The position numbers and the translations under genes are program-made. The notes under the pieces are model-generated. The model did not search any database. It was not told the DNA's origin and saw only the letters and a list, made by a program, of their open reading frames with translations. From Dipteris shenzhenensis (lineage: Eukaryota), in NCBI GenBank assembly GCA_047967505.1, contig CM106538.1: DNA of 64,000 bases; one strand, written 5' to 3'. This document shows, one piece after another, positions 27,144 through 37,717 of this stretch (its first letter is position 1; every line of letters begins with the position of its first letter).

Positions 27144-27944
27144 TATGAGTTGTTGCATTAGGGGAGAATTGGGGTCTCCAAAGGGCTCCCAATTAGTGTT
27201 TCCTAATTTCAAGGGATTAGTGAGGTATTTGAGGTGTACCAATGGGAGTGCTCCATTTTGTGGGGCAATGCCATGTTGAGGTGGAGGGTGGGCAGACCTG
27301 CAATCAGCCCCTATTGGCTACTCCTCTTACACCGAGGACCACTCAAACCATCCCCTCCCCCTCAACCCATGCTTGACCCTTCTCCCATATGCACCTCCCC
27401 CAAACAAACCTACAAGTTATTCAAGAGGTGGTGGGCCCCCTTCTGGGCAAAATTTCCCCCCCTCTTAGCTTGTTACAGGCTTGCCCCCTCCTCTTCTCTG
27501 GTCCAGCTCCATTCTCCCTCCATTTCTCAAATGTGGGAACTCATTTGGCATCTTCTCTGCCCCCTCTTGCTCTGGTCCACTATGTTTCTCCCTCTCTAGC
27601 ACCTCCTGTAGCAGCTGCTCATTCTCTCTCCATTCCTAGCTACAGCACCTCCTACAGCAGCAACTGCTCATCCCCCTCTTCTCTTTCTCCCTCCATTCCT
27701 AGCTACAGTACCCGCTATGGCACGTATGATGCCGAACACATTTGCCTTCTGCACCACGGTGCAAAAACATCATTTGACCACTCAAATTCACACTGAACTT
27801 GCATAAACTAATGGAAAGCATCACGTAACATGTATAATAACATGGGAACAGTAATAGAACATAAAAATATATTTTATTTATTGGCCTCAAAGGGTAGAGA
27901 TTTACAAAATGATTCAGGTTACACCAAATGAACCTAAACAACTT

Positions 27945-29054
27945 CTAGGGCCTAAGGGAGGGATCGGAGCGGATGCGCTTGGCGAGTGCAAGGTCCTTGT
28001 CCATCACTGTTACTCTTTTGGCATGGATAGCACATAAGTTCGCATCTTCAAAAAGACCTATTGTCATCTGCTCCGTTGCCTCCTGAATTGCTCCCATAGT
28101 GCCTGAAGTGAAATGCACATCATTCTTGTAATGCTATGCTATTTCACGTACAACACGCTGGAAGGGTGCACGGGGAATGAGATTGTCCATAGTGGTTTGG
28201 AACTTGTGGATCTCCTGAAGTGCCTTCACGCCTGATTTTTTGCATTTCTTAATCTTTGGGGGACCTTGCACTGGCCTTTGGACATGGCTCCATGGCCGCT
28301 TGTCCGCTTTGAACTTCTTTTGCCTCTCCTCCCTTGCAACCACCTCTTCAGACTCCTCTTCCTGTGTCTGGTGGGTCCTTCGAGGTGGCTTGTCACGCCT
28401 AGGGGTTTGCTTTATCCTTGGTCTCTTTTCCTTTTCATGAGCTTGTGAGACAGCAGGCTGAGGCTCAGCTCATACTAGAGGCTCCTCATATCTGATAATA
28501 TCGAGGCACAGAGGGTTGATGGTGCTCTTTCATGTGGTCTGCTTGGTTGGAGGATTGGGGCCAAGATTCATTATATCTGCAAGCCCGCCAAATACTTCCT
28601 CTTGTCGTGCCCCCTGTAATCTCTCCATCTCCTCTCTTTGCCTTTCTCGCTCCCCTTGTAAGTCTAGATGCTCCATGCCAGGGCCCCATGGAGGAGGGAG
28701 GGGTTGTTGATGAGGATTGACTAGACTATTTTGCCCCTCTTGGGAGACCTCTCTACTTCCACGGTTAGTTGTGTGCAAGGACAGAGAGGACCCATAATTG
28801 TGCCTGGATCCTTCATTGTGTTGGGATTCCTCATGATGCTGAGATCCCTGGGATCCCCCATGAGAGTCGGATGGTGGGGACTCGCGTTGCTTGGACTCCT
28901 GATGATGAGAACCACCTTCAAATCCCTGCTGATCATTGCCCTCTTGGCCACTGGGGCTTGTAGTGTGTTTGGAGGCCATGGTGTTGTGAGGAGGACAACG
29001 GATAGCGTCTAAACGGCGTCTAGTGGGTCTAGCAGTTTGTTTAACTCGTGCCAT
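27945..29054 (-). pseudogene. Histone H3-like gene with a very long N-terminal tail (369 codons, single frame, 3 premature stops)
   Basis: Starts MARVKQTAR and ends [97 protein letters not shown]. It aligns without gaps to the H3 fold (PFQRLVREIAQDFKTDLRF...[30 protein letters not shown]). In-frame stops: TGA 28530-32, TGA 28470-72, TAG 28134-36. Confidence 0.93.
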
Positions 29055-29140
29055 AGAAATGAGGGATTTTAGGGTTTTGAAGTGCTTTATATAGTCTTTT
29101 TTAAAGCACTTTAGGGTTTTTCTTTTAAAATAGGGTTTTT
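29055..29140 (-). promoter_or_regulatory. Putative promoter of the H3-like gene: TATA box and telo-boxes
   Basis: TATATAAA at 29093-29086 (minus strand); AAACCCTAA at 29077-29069 and 29119-29111; AAACCCTA at 29138-29131. AATAAA lies downstream of the stop at ~27873-27882. Confidence 0.55.
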
Positions 29141-29334
29141 TGAGTGCACCCCCTCCCCCCCAAGTCTTTTGTCGCTAGTTCGGTAATACTTAATCTTCAC
29201 CACCTTCCCTCCTAACCCACTCACCCCTCCACCCTGCCATGCCGCACATGCAATTCTACAATTTCCAAACAAATTTGTGAATTTTGGAATCTATAATTGA
29301 CTCAAAATAGTGTTAACTTTATTCATCAAACATT

Positions 29335-32209
29335 TTACATTTGGAGCTCTCTTAGGACCCAACGCCTCCCCTGTCTGACTCTACACGTTGCAACCAAAGC
29401 GCAACCCCTTGGCTCCCTACTGAGGACTTCCAAGCAGCATTCTCCTTGTCTTCTTGACATGTTGAACCGCTTTTGTGAGACTTGAGACCTCTACCTTATC
29501 GCGCTTGAGAGTCCTGGCCTCTAGACATCTATAAAACCAATCGAACATTTCGTGTAGTGCATTGCTTCGCGCAAGACCACCCCCATGCCTTGTATTCTTG
29601 AAGTATGCTGCCTTTGCTCTGTAGTGTGATTTCTCCATTCCTTTAGTATTCCAAATGGACAGAGGGCCCCATTGCTCCACAAACCATGGTGCATGTGCGT
29701 AAAGAATATGTTGTAAAGAAAAACATTGTATTAGAAACATAAACTGCCTCAAGTTTAAAGCACAAAATTTCAACCTAAGGAGGATTACCATGTAATGTGT
29801 AATATGTGACTCCCCCCATGCTTCTACCATCAATGGTATGAATTCTCCCAATGATGTCCTGAATCTCTCATAATAAAGCTCATCTGTTTGACCTTGTCTA
29901 AGCAACTTTATAAATGCATCAAGCTTTGTCCACAGTTTTGCTCTCAAAGTAGCAATTTGGGGATGTGAAGCTTGATTTGTGGTGCACTCACACAAGGTTT
30001 TCCAGTACTCCCAACCTAGGGTGCTTTGAGCCAATGTATGTTTTTCTTTATCAGCATTGTGGTTGGACAAGAACCTCCTTGCCTTTCCTCCACCCATGGA
30101 CACTTTAGTAGGAAGATTTTGTGTCTTTCCTGATTGTTTCTTGTCCTAATTAAGCTTCACATTGCCTCCATGAAGTCCCATTAGTGAGAGTAGTTCTTCA
30201 GCTTTTGCAATGCATTGTGCAGATACTTGTTGTGACCTCAAATTCCAAGCATAAACTAGATGGAGATAGAGTAACTTATCAAGTATACGCAGTTCAGCAT
30301 GCAAAGTACACACGTGTACTCGCTCCAAAGGAATTGGTAGAATGGGGTCCCACTTAGGGTCCTTTTTGTGACGATTAGGGGCTGTACTTTGGTTGCAAGA
30401 AAGGATGCCATTTTCCCACTGTAGGCTTCTTTTTTGCATCTTCTGAGAGTGGGTGCAATACAAGCATGTCCATTTTGCATGTGCGCCTGTATCACAACCA
30501 TACAAGCACTTGAGGGTCTTCAAATCACCAGCTAGATGCCATTCAGCTTGAAACATTCCATGCCCATCCACTATTAATGTTTGCCCTGCCTCTTGTTTTC
30601 AAATAATCGACGGGATGCTGGTTCTCTCCAAAACCCACTTCAATGTCTCGTGGCACTCCTTTGGGGTCTCAAAGGCTGCAAGCCACCATATGTCCTTCTC
30701 AAATTGGATTGAGAAACCCTGCTCAACTTCCTCATCCCCTTGAGCAAAACACAAGGCGTCGTTCATAATACAAATGCTCACCCTCTCTAGCTTGTGCTCT
30801 TTTACAACTGAGCTTCATCCATTTTTATAACAAATACTAGCTTGCCATTTGTACAATGAAAGAGAAATACAGTAAGGATATAGAAATGAGAAGAAATAAA
30901 GTTGAATGTGAAGAGGGAATTTCTCTTACCTTCTTCTCTCATCGCATAGAATTTGACCATGGCTCTCTGCAAATTCTCTACATCCACATAAACATTATTG
31001 AAAGCATTCATCTCAAACGTTTGGATGCCAGATTTCTTTTTACTCTTCCAAGTCATTGTGCCACTTACACAATGGTATCCTCCAAGATTTTCTCTAGCAC
31101 ATGGGTTTGTTTCTTGACGTGCAAGCCTTACAAACCACGATGTTGGCAATGGCATTGTAGATATCTTATACTTTTCCTCCATAGCAGACTTGAAAATTTT
31201 AAAAATAGAGTTGTAAGTTTCACGTCTTACACCAGCAGCATCACAAGCTCCAAGCACCTCCTTTGCTTGGACGAGGCCCTTGAAATCCTTCATTACCTCT
31301 TTACGTAGCCCTTTTTGTCTAGGGTCCTTCAACACTTCCATGACATCACTTGGCTGTATTAAACTTCTTGGAACATATGAAGGATCACTATTATTCATTT
31401 CCATTGTTCCCATCACATCCTCCATGAAATTCCTAAAGTAGAGTACAAATGAGTCTTAGTGGAAAGAATGCAACACCACATATATTTTGGAGTAAGAAAT
31501 TTCATTGAAAATTTGGGGAACTAATCTTGCAGCGCGTATTCTCCTCTTTCGGGCACCACTATTGGTTGACAATGCATCCATAGATTGCAATTGTCTTTTC
31601 CTCTCCTTCAGTCCCAAAGGTGTTCCCTTCAACTTTTGTACTCGTTCTATCGACTTCTCTCGTCCCTTCTCCACAGCACATTGAACTTAGCCATAGATAG
31701 ACCTTTCCAAATCTTGTTTGCTCTCAGCGAGCTTTTGGATTGATTCTTCCAATTCATGTCGCTCCAAGTCCAGTGCATGTGCTTTGTCCACTGAGTTCTT
31801 TGTTTTGCAATTGGAGATCCCCCGTACTATTATGCATTGCCACAATAGTAATATTTCCCAAATGTGCAAGTTCTTCTGCTTGGGCTCTCTGCACCTCGCT
31901 TGCTTGCATAGCCAATGTCTGAGAATGGTTCAATCAATTGCAATAACCGAGCAATCCAACATGTCCCTTGCCAACAAACCAAACAACATCATGCACTGTA
32001 TGAAAAGGAGGACTCTTTTGGGTGGCAGGGTCTAAAGGATACAAGTTTCCATCCACCTAAAGGTCAAGATGCTTCTTCCCTTGCAATCGAAGACTATGGA
32101 GCACACTTTGAGGAGTTCCACTATATCCCAAAGAGCGTGTACTTGCATATTCTGCCTCTAGTTGTAGGTTCACATGGTACTTGTTGGATATGTCCTCGAA
32201 TGGTGCCAT
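29335..32209 (-). pseudogene. RAG1-core/Transib-like DDE transposase (copy B), intron-containing, frameshifted
   Basis: ATG at 32209 (MAPFEDISNK...). Ordered motifs: VFVIKMDEAQL; PKECHETLKWVL; WHLAGDLKTLKCLYG; WTCLYC; VHVCTLHAELRILDKLL; SHITHYM|HILYAHAPWFVEQWGPLSIWNTKGMEKSH. Probable introns at ~31521-31433, ~30929-30857 and 29788-29711 (acceptor decayed to CAA). 3' end approximate. Confidence 0.82.
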
Positions 32210-32279
32210 GAGTACTCCAAGAGAGGTATCAGTGATGCACGCTAAAATTTAGGGGAGAGCTGGCAAAGATGGAGTAGTG

Positions 32280-32660
32280 AGAGGGAGAGAGTAGCAAGGA
32301 AGAGCGAGGAGGAGAAGCAGATGAGGGCAAGAGGAAGAGGAGGAGGAGAGTAGGGCGATAAGTGTAGAAGGGAGGGAAGCAGTTGCTGTAGAAGGGAGGA
32401 GGAAGGGGAGAGGAAGGAGGGAGGAGGAGCCAAAAGGAGGAGGAGGAGGGGAGAGGGAGGAGGGAGGAGGAGGAGCAAGACGGAGGAGGGGAGAGGAGGA
32501 GGGAGGGGGAGGGAGGGAGAGGGAGAGGGAGGGAGGGAGGGAGGGAGGGAGGGGGGAGGGAGGGAGAGAGAGAGAGGGAGGGAGGGAGGGAGAGAGAGAG
32601 AGGGAGGGAGGGAGGGAGAGAGAGGGAGGGAGGGAGAGAGAGAGAGAGGGAGGGAGGGAG
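32280..32660. repeat. Polypurine (GGA/GGGA/GA)n tract between the 5' TIR and the transposase start
   Basis: About 380 bp of nearly pure G/A on the + strand. The ORFs called here are low-complexity artefacts. Confidence 0.9.
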
Positions 32661-34439
32661 ATTCAAAATTTGAAATTCAAATTTCAAAGAGTGGCCCCCT
32701 CCCCTCATTGATGGGGGGAGAGTGGGCTCAAATGTGGGTTTAACCCACCTAGGTTGGGCTGGTTAGGCCTCTTTGGGACCCTCCAAGCCCCTTGCATTAG
32801 CCCACTAAGCATTCCCTAATCCATTCCTTATGAGGCCCTTTTGAGACCCCAATTCTCCCCTAATGGGGTTTTGCTATGCTAAGCCCTAAACCCTAGTTTT
32901 AATTGCTTGCTGATTGAACATAGCTTGGATTTGGAATTTAAATTAGAATCTACTGAAGTATATGAATGATATGAATCAAATGATGAAAATAAAACCTAAA
33001 CCCTAAGCTATTAAAGGTACATACCTTTTATGCCTCATCGCGAAGGGTATCAACCACAGTGTCCAACTGGAATCCCTTTTTTGGAGGGTCTTGTACTTCT
33101 TGTTGACTTGAGGTGCCAGCTTCTTCATCTTTGTCCTAGAACAATGACCTTTGTAAATCTAGGCATTCCTCCTCCAACATAGCTCTACATCCTCGATCGC
33201 TTTCTGTGAGATGGATGGCCTCTAAATCACTAAGGCTCTAGTCATAGTAGCATGATATCTCAATGACTTTTGGATCGATGGGAGAATTGAAGTCAATGAC
33301 ATCCTCGTAGGTGCTATTTTCTAGCTGGCATGGCACCTCATCCCCTCGAAGACCAGTTTCCTCCATTACTTCTAAGAGGGTAAGGTATTCCTCACCCTCA
33401 ATAGCGATTGGATCAATCGATGCGAGGTTGGCTGCCTCATCAGGATTATAGGTGGAGGATGGGTATGGATGACTCGGATAGGTTGATAGGATGACTTGGC
33501 TCTCAACGTGCTTTTTGGCGAGGTCTATTGCATGCTCCTCAGGTTTATGGTCTAGGTTCACCTCGCCCGCTCTATGACTTGTAGAGACGAACCTGCTCCA
33601 CGATTGGTGGATGTAGGACACATCCTCATCAAGCTTGCTAGTTGTGAAGAGAATGGCAAGGGCTGCATCTCTCTATATCAAATGAATGGGAGGAGATGTA
33701 GCATCCCCAAGGGGAGTAGCGTGCTCATAGAGAGATAGAGCCTAGACATTTTCCATGGCCCTACCAAGAGTCTTCTTGAAGTTAGCGCTCTGGTTAAGAG
33801 CTCAAAATATCAAATGGGACGCATTGGTGAGGGGAGTTAGCAATCATGACAGATTGCCCATGGAGAAGTCTACCAGTAAACTAAAGAGAGGGATTATGGG
33901 CAGGAAGGAAAGATCTCGTGTGATTCTAGACCGAGTGGCTTGCAAAAGATAGGGTGAATTTGGTCTGCTTAGGCATGAGAATGAGTAGATGAAATCCAAC
34001 AATTAAAGGCTTCTCTAGGGGAAGCTATGAGTGTGGGAGGATGCTTGGGAAGACAAAAAATAGGGATGCTTGGGATGACAACTAAGGTTATGAGAAGTAG
34101 GAGTGTGAATAGTGAATGTGAAAATGACATTCAGTAATGCACTTTATATATTAGGGGCTAGTGCCCTAAAAATAAAAATAAAAACAATTAAAATAGAATT
34201 CTCCCCCCCCCATCTCCTCCTCGCCCCTTCCTCTCTCCCCCCCACCCCTTTCCTCTCTCCCTCTCTCCCTTCCTCTCTACCTCTCCCTCTCTTTTTGTCT
34301 TTCTCTCCCTTCCTCCCTACCTCTCCCTCTCTTTTTGTCTCCCTCTCACTCTTCCTATCCCTATGCTTCTCCCTCTCGCTATCCCTATGTTAAGGGGGAC
34401 TCTAGTGGGTAGGCTATTAGCCTAGGGTGGTTGTTGTCA

Positions 34440-35280
34440 CTTGAGCCTTTGCTTCAATCCCTTTAGTGGCATAATTTATTGCAATGACAATATACTTACT
34501 TCTAACTCTTTAAATTGGCCCATGAAGTCCAACCCCCATTTTTGTTTCCAAGGATGCCTTAGGTGTAAACACATCATCCTACAATAAAGGTCTACTTCTT
34601 CTCTAAAAAACATGACACTGTTTGTAATACTTTTAACAATCATATAACATGGGATGCACCACCATAATCCAGATTGAATGAATTTTTTGTATGTTATTTT
34701 TGAAGAGGAATGTTTTCTAAACCACATTGATGAGATTCCCTTAAGATTGAATGTTTCTCATGCTTCATCACTACCCTTCTTAAGATACATTTGCATTTGT
34801 CTTTTATAGTTATCTAGTGATTGAAGTTTACTTTAGGCTCTAAGGCCAAACCTTACGTATTTGTTCTTGTTATTTCCTTGGGAAATATTGCAATAGAAAG
34901 ATATGAAGTACTTTGGTGATTGAAGCAAACCTTATGTGTGTGTTCTTATTATTTCCTTGGGAAATATTGCAATAGAAAGGTACTAAGTACTTACTTTATT
35001 CTTTTCATCATCTATTTCCAAGGATCTACAATGAATCAAGGATATTGTTCTCTAAGGTACCTATGACTCCATGCTTGACAAATATTTTACCTTGTGCTGA
35101 GTTCTTAGCTTATGAATTATAGTAAAGGTGAACTCTTGGAGTACCAACATCCACCTCATCACCATCAACATAGGAAAGTAATGTCTAGACTTTTGCATGT
35201 TGTATATCATGCCCAAAGGTTCGCTTTTAGTGGTGATGTACTTTCTGAGACTGATTGGACACCCTTCTTGCACAAAAAAT
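34440..35280 (-). mobile_element. Ty3/gypsy pol remnant (RNase H and integrase)
   Basis: RKYITTKSEPLGMIYNMQKSRHY...RWMLVLQEFTFTIIHK (RNase H); KWGLDFMGQFK and KYIVIAINYATKGIEAK (integrase core). RH-then-IN order indicates gypsy. Confidence 0.8.
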
Positions 35281-35633
35281 ACAATCCCTTTCCCTCTCTC
35301 CCTCTCGCTCTATCTCCCTGCTGTCCCTCTCCCTCTCTTGCTGCCTCTATCTCCCTCTCCCTCTCTTTCTGCCTCTGTCTCCCTTTCCCTCTCTTTCTGT
35401 CTCCCTCTCCCTCTCCAGTCTCTATCTCCATCTCCATCTCCGTCTCCCTCTCCCTCTCCTTTTGCCTCTCCCTCTCCCTCTCTTTCTATCTCCCTCCGCT
35501 TCTCCCTATCCACACAGATTTGAAATTACAAACATCCGCATAGATTGAAAATTACAAACATTTATAGATTTGTCCCTCACACACCATAGAGAACTATCAC
35601 TTCAAAGTTTTAAATGATTTAACACAATGAATG

Positions 35634-36130
35634 AAACATCACTTTGTATTTATTTGTTTTGTTCATACATCTAACAATGCCTCATGGCCAAGTGCATTGT
35701 TGAAGCACCGAGAATTCAAACACTTGATCTCAAATCTTTGGAACAAAAGATATGAGCCCATGCCATCATGTTTCTATTATTTCAGGAGTATGTGGGGGAC
35801 AACAATTCTTACAATGGATGTTTGTCTCATCCCTATATCTAACTTTGCGATTATTAAGTCTAAAATAATAGTCTTGGGGATGAATTAAACATCACTTTGT
35901 ATTATTTATTCTGTTCATACACCCAACAATACCTCATGGACAAGTGCATTGTTGAAGCACTGAGAATCCAAACACTTGATCTCTAATCTCTGCAACAAGA
36001 AATGTGAGCCCTTGCCATCATATTTCTAGTATTTCAAGAGTATGTGGGGGACAATAATTCTTACAAAGGTTGTTTGTCTCATCCTTGTATCTAACTTTGC
36101 GATTGCCAAGTCTAAAATAGTAGTCCTGAG
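35634..36130. repeat. ~253-bp diverged tandem duplication
   Basis: aaacatcactttgtatt...aacaat.cctcatgg.caagtgcattgttgaagcac...gtctaaaata starts at 35634 and 35887. Confidence 0.85.
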
Positions 36131-36739
36131 GAGGGCTTACTATTGCTTCCCATTGCAGATTTTTCCATCTAAACCTTCTATAGGTGAACGACATGCAAAT
36201 ATTTTGCCTTCCAATGAAATACCTACAAAAATTGGAATCTGTCAATACATACTATCTTGTAACATTATAAATTTTCAAACAAATAAGAATTATTAGACAT
36301 AATTACCAAAATTTCACATCTGAAGTGTTCAATCGACATTGTACCAAGTCTTCATTATGACATGTTCTTGTTGTCCATCCATTGTCAAATAATTCAGACT
36401 GCCAGTCTAGGTCTAAGCTCTTGCAAGTATATGTTATCTTTGTTTTTCTCAAGTGCATACAACCAGCGAAGAAATCAACAAAACATGGGAATGGAAGAAA
36501 TCAGCTCAGCCTAGCATTTCTTCCACCAATAGTCGGCTTCATAGCATTTCTCACATCATTGAACATTCTATTTCTATATGATTCACTGATTTCTGTGCAT
36601 GGAAGCAGCCACTCTGGACTATCAAAAGAAGGCAAGGAAAGCGATTCTAATCTTCCATATTGGCCTTCTTGATCTAGCACTATGAACATTGAGTCATAAA
36701 AGAAGGTCAAATATTATTTTGAAATATATAGATTACTTT

Positions 36740-36785
<46 letters not shown>

Positions 36786-36979
36786 TCTCTCTCTAGTATC
36801 TGCCTCAAATAATTAAAAAACATAGCAACTCCAAATTACTCTCTCTCTCTCTCTCTCCATCCCAACCCCCCCCCTCCCCTCTCTCTCCCTCTCTTTCTCC
36901 CCCACCCCCACCCCTGCCCCTCTCCCTCCCTCTCCAACCTTCTCTCTCTCTCCCTTCATCTCTCTATCCCTCCTCTACC

Positions 36980-37278
36980 AGAGAAGAAACAAATGTCAAA
37001 ATAATGGTATGGCTCTAAATATCATTCACCTCTATCTTCTCATCCTTTCTACCTTTTTGCAACAAACATATCGACGAACTGTGAGACAAAAGTGTAAATA
37101 AGAGTTAATTTTCAAAGTGAAATCACTTCATTACCTTGAAACTATGTGTTCTTTCTTCTGAAGTTGATTCTCTATGCTCCAATAAGGCAAAGAAAGAGGC
37201 AAAAATGATAAAACACCCTTTTTTGGTACTTTTTTTGAGAATAATCAGGTTGCATCTTTTGTTTCCAACACCCCCTCC

Positions 37279-37326
<48 letters not shown>

Positions 37327-37630
37327 GCCCTCTCCCTCTCTTTGTCCCTCCTCTTCTAGAGAAGAAACAAATGTCGAAATAATGTTATGGCTCTAAATAT
37401 CATCCACATCTATCTTCTCTTCCTCTCTACCTTTTTGCAACAGACATGTAGATGAATTGTAAGACAAAAATGTAATAAAGAGACTATTTTTCATAGCAAA
37501 ATCACTTCATTACCTTGAAACTTTGTGTTCTTTCTTATGAAGTTGATTCTTTATGCTCCAATAAGGTAGAGAAAGAGGCGAAAATGATAGAACACCCTTT
37601 TTTTATACTTCTTCTAAGAAGAAATAGGTT
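36980..37630. repeat. ~378-bp-period tandem duplication of a repeat also present at ~62410-62830
   Basis: agagaagaaacaaatgtc.aaataatg.tatggctctaaatatcat... at 36980 and 37358. gtagagaaagag.cgaaaatgatagaacaccc is shared with ~62415. Confidence 0.8.
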
Positions 37631-37717
37631 GTACATGTGGTTTCTAAGAAGGGAGTAGTACTATACGGATGAATGAAAGTGATAACAAAATAGGAGAGAA
37701 GCGAGGCGAATAGAGCT

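Larger units (their letters stand above)
27156..32865 (-). mobile_element. TIR DNA transposon (copy B, 5710 bp) carrying a RAG1/Transib-like transposase and a histone H3-like gene
   Basis: 31-bp TIRs: CATTAGGGGAGAATTGGGGTCTCCAAAGGGC (27156-27186) versus the reverse complement of 32835-32865 (1 mismatch). They enclose both genes on the minus strand. No TSD is recognisable (flanks tgttg / gggtt). Confidence 0.88.

Noticed and set aside
27945-29054. Host CENH3 or canonical H3 gene
   Set aside because: It is intronless, lies inside TIRs beside a transposase, has canonical-length loop 1 and three stops, and is too divergent for H3.1/H3.3.
32229-32708. Pro/Ser/Leu-rich ORFs, and similar ones at 35112-35548, 17495-17852 and 14995-15681
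   Set aside because: They are translations of microsatellite or polypurine tracts.
27156-32865. Ordinary CACTA/EnSpm element
   Set aside because: The ends are CATTA, no 3-bp TSD is present, and the transposase lacks TnpD motifs while matching RAG1/Transib motif order. Final placement needs a profile search.
27151-32870. Target-site duplication for copy B
   Set aside because: Flanks tgttg and gggtt do not match at 2-5 bp, so no TSD is claimed.
33960-33976. MPKQTKF as another H3-tail mimic
   Set aside because: Only a 3-residue match, with no AR/ARK context and no histone fold.
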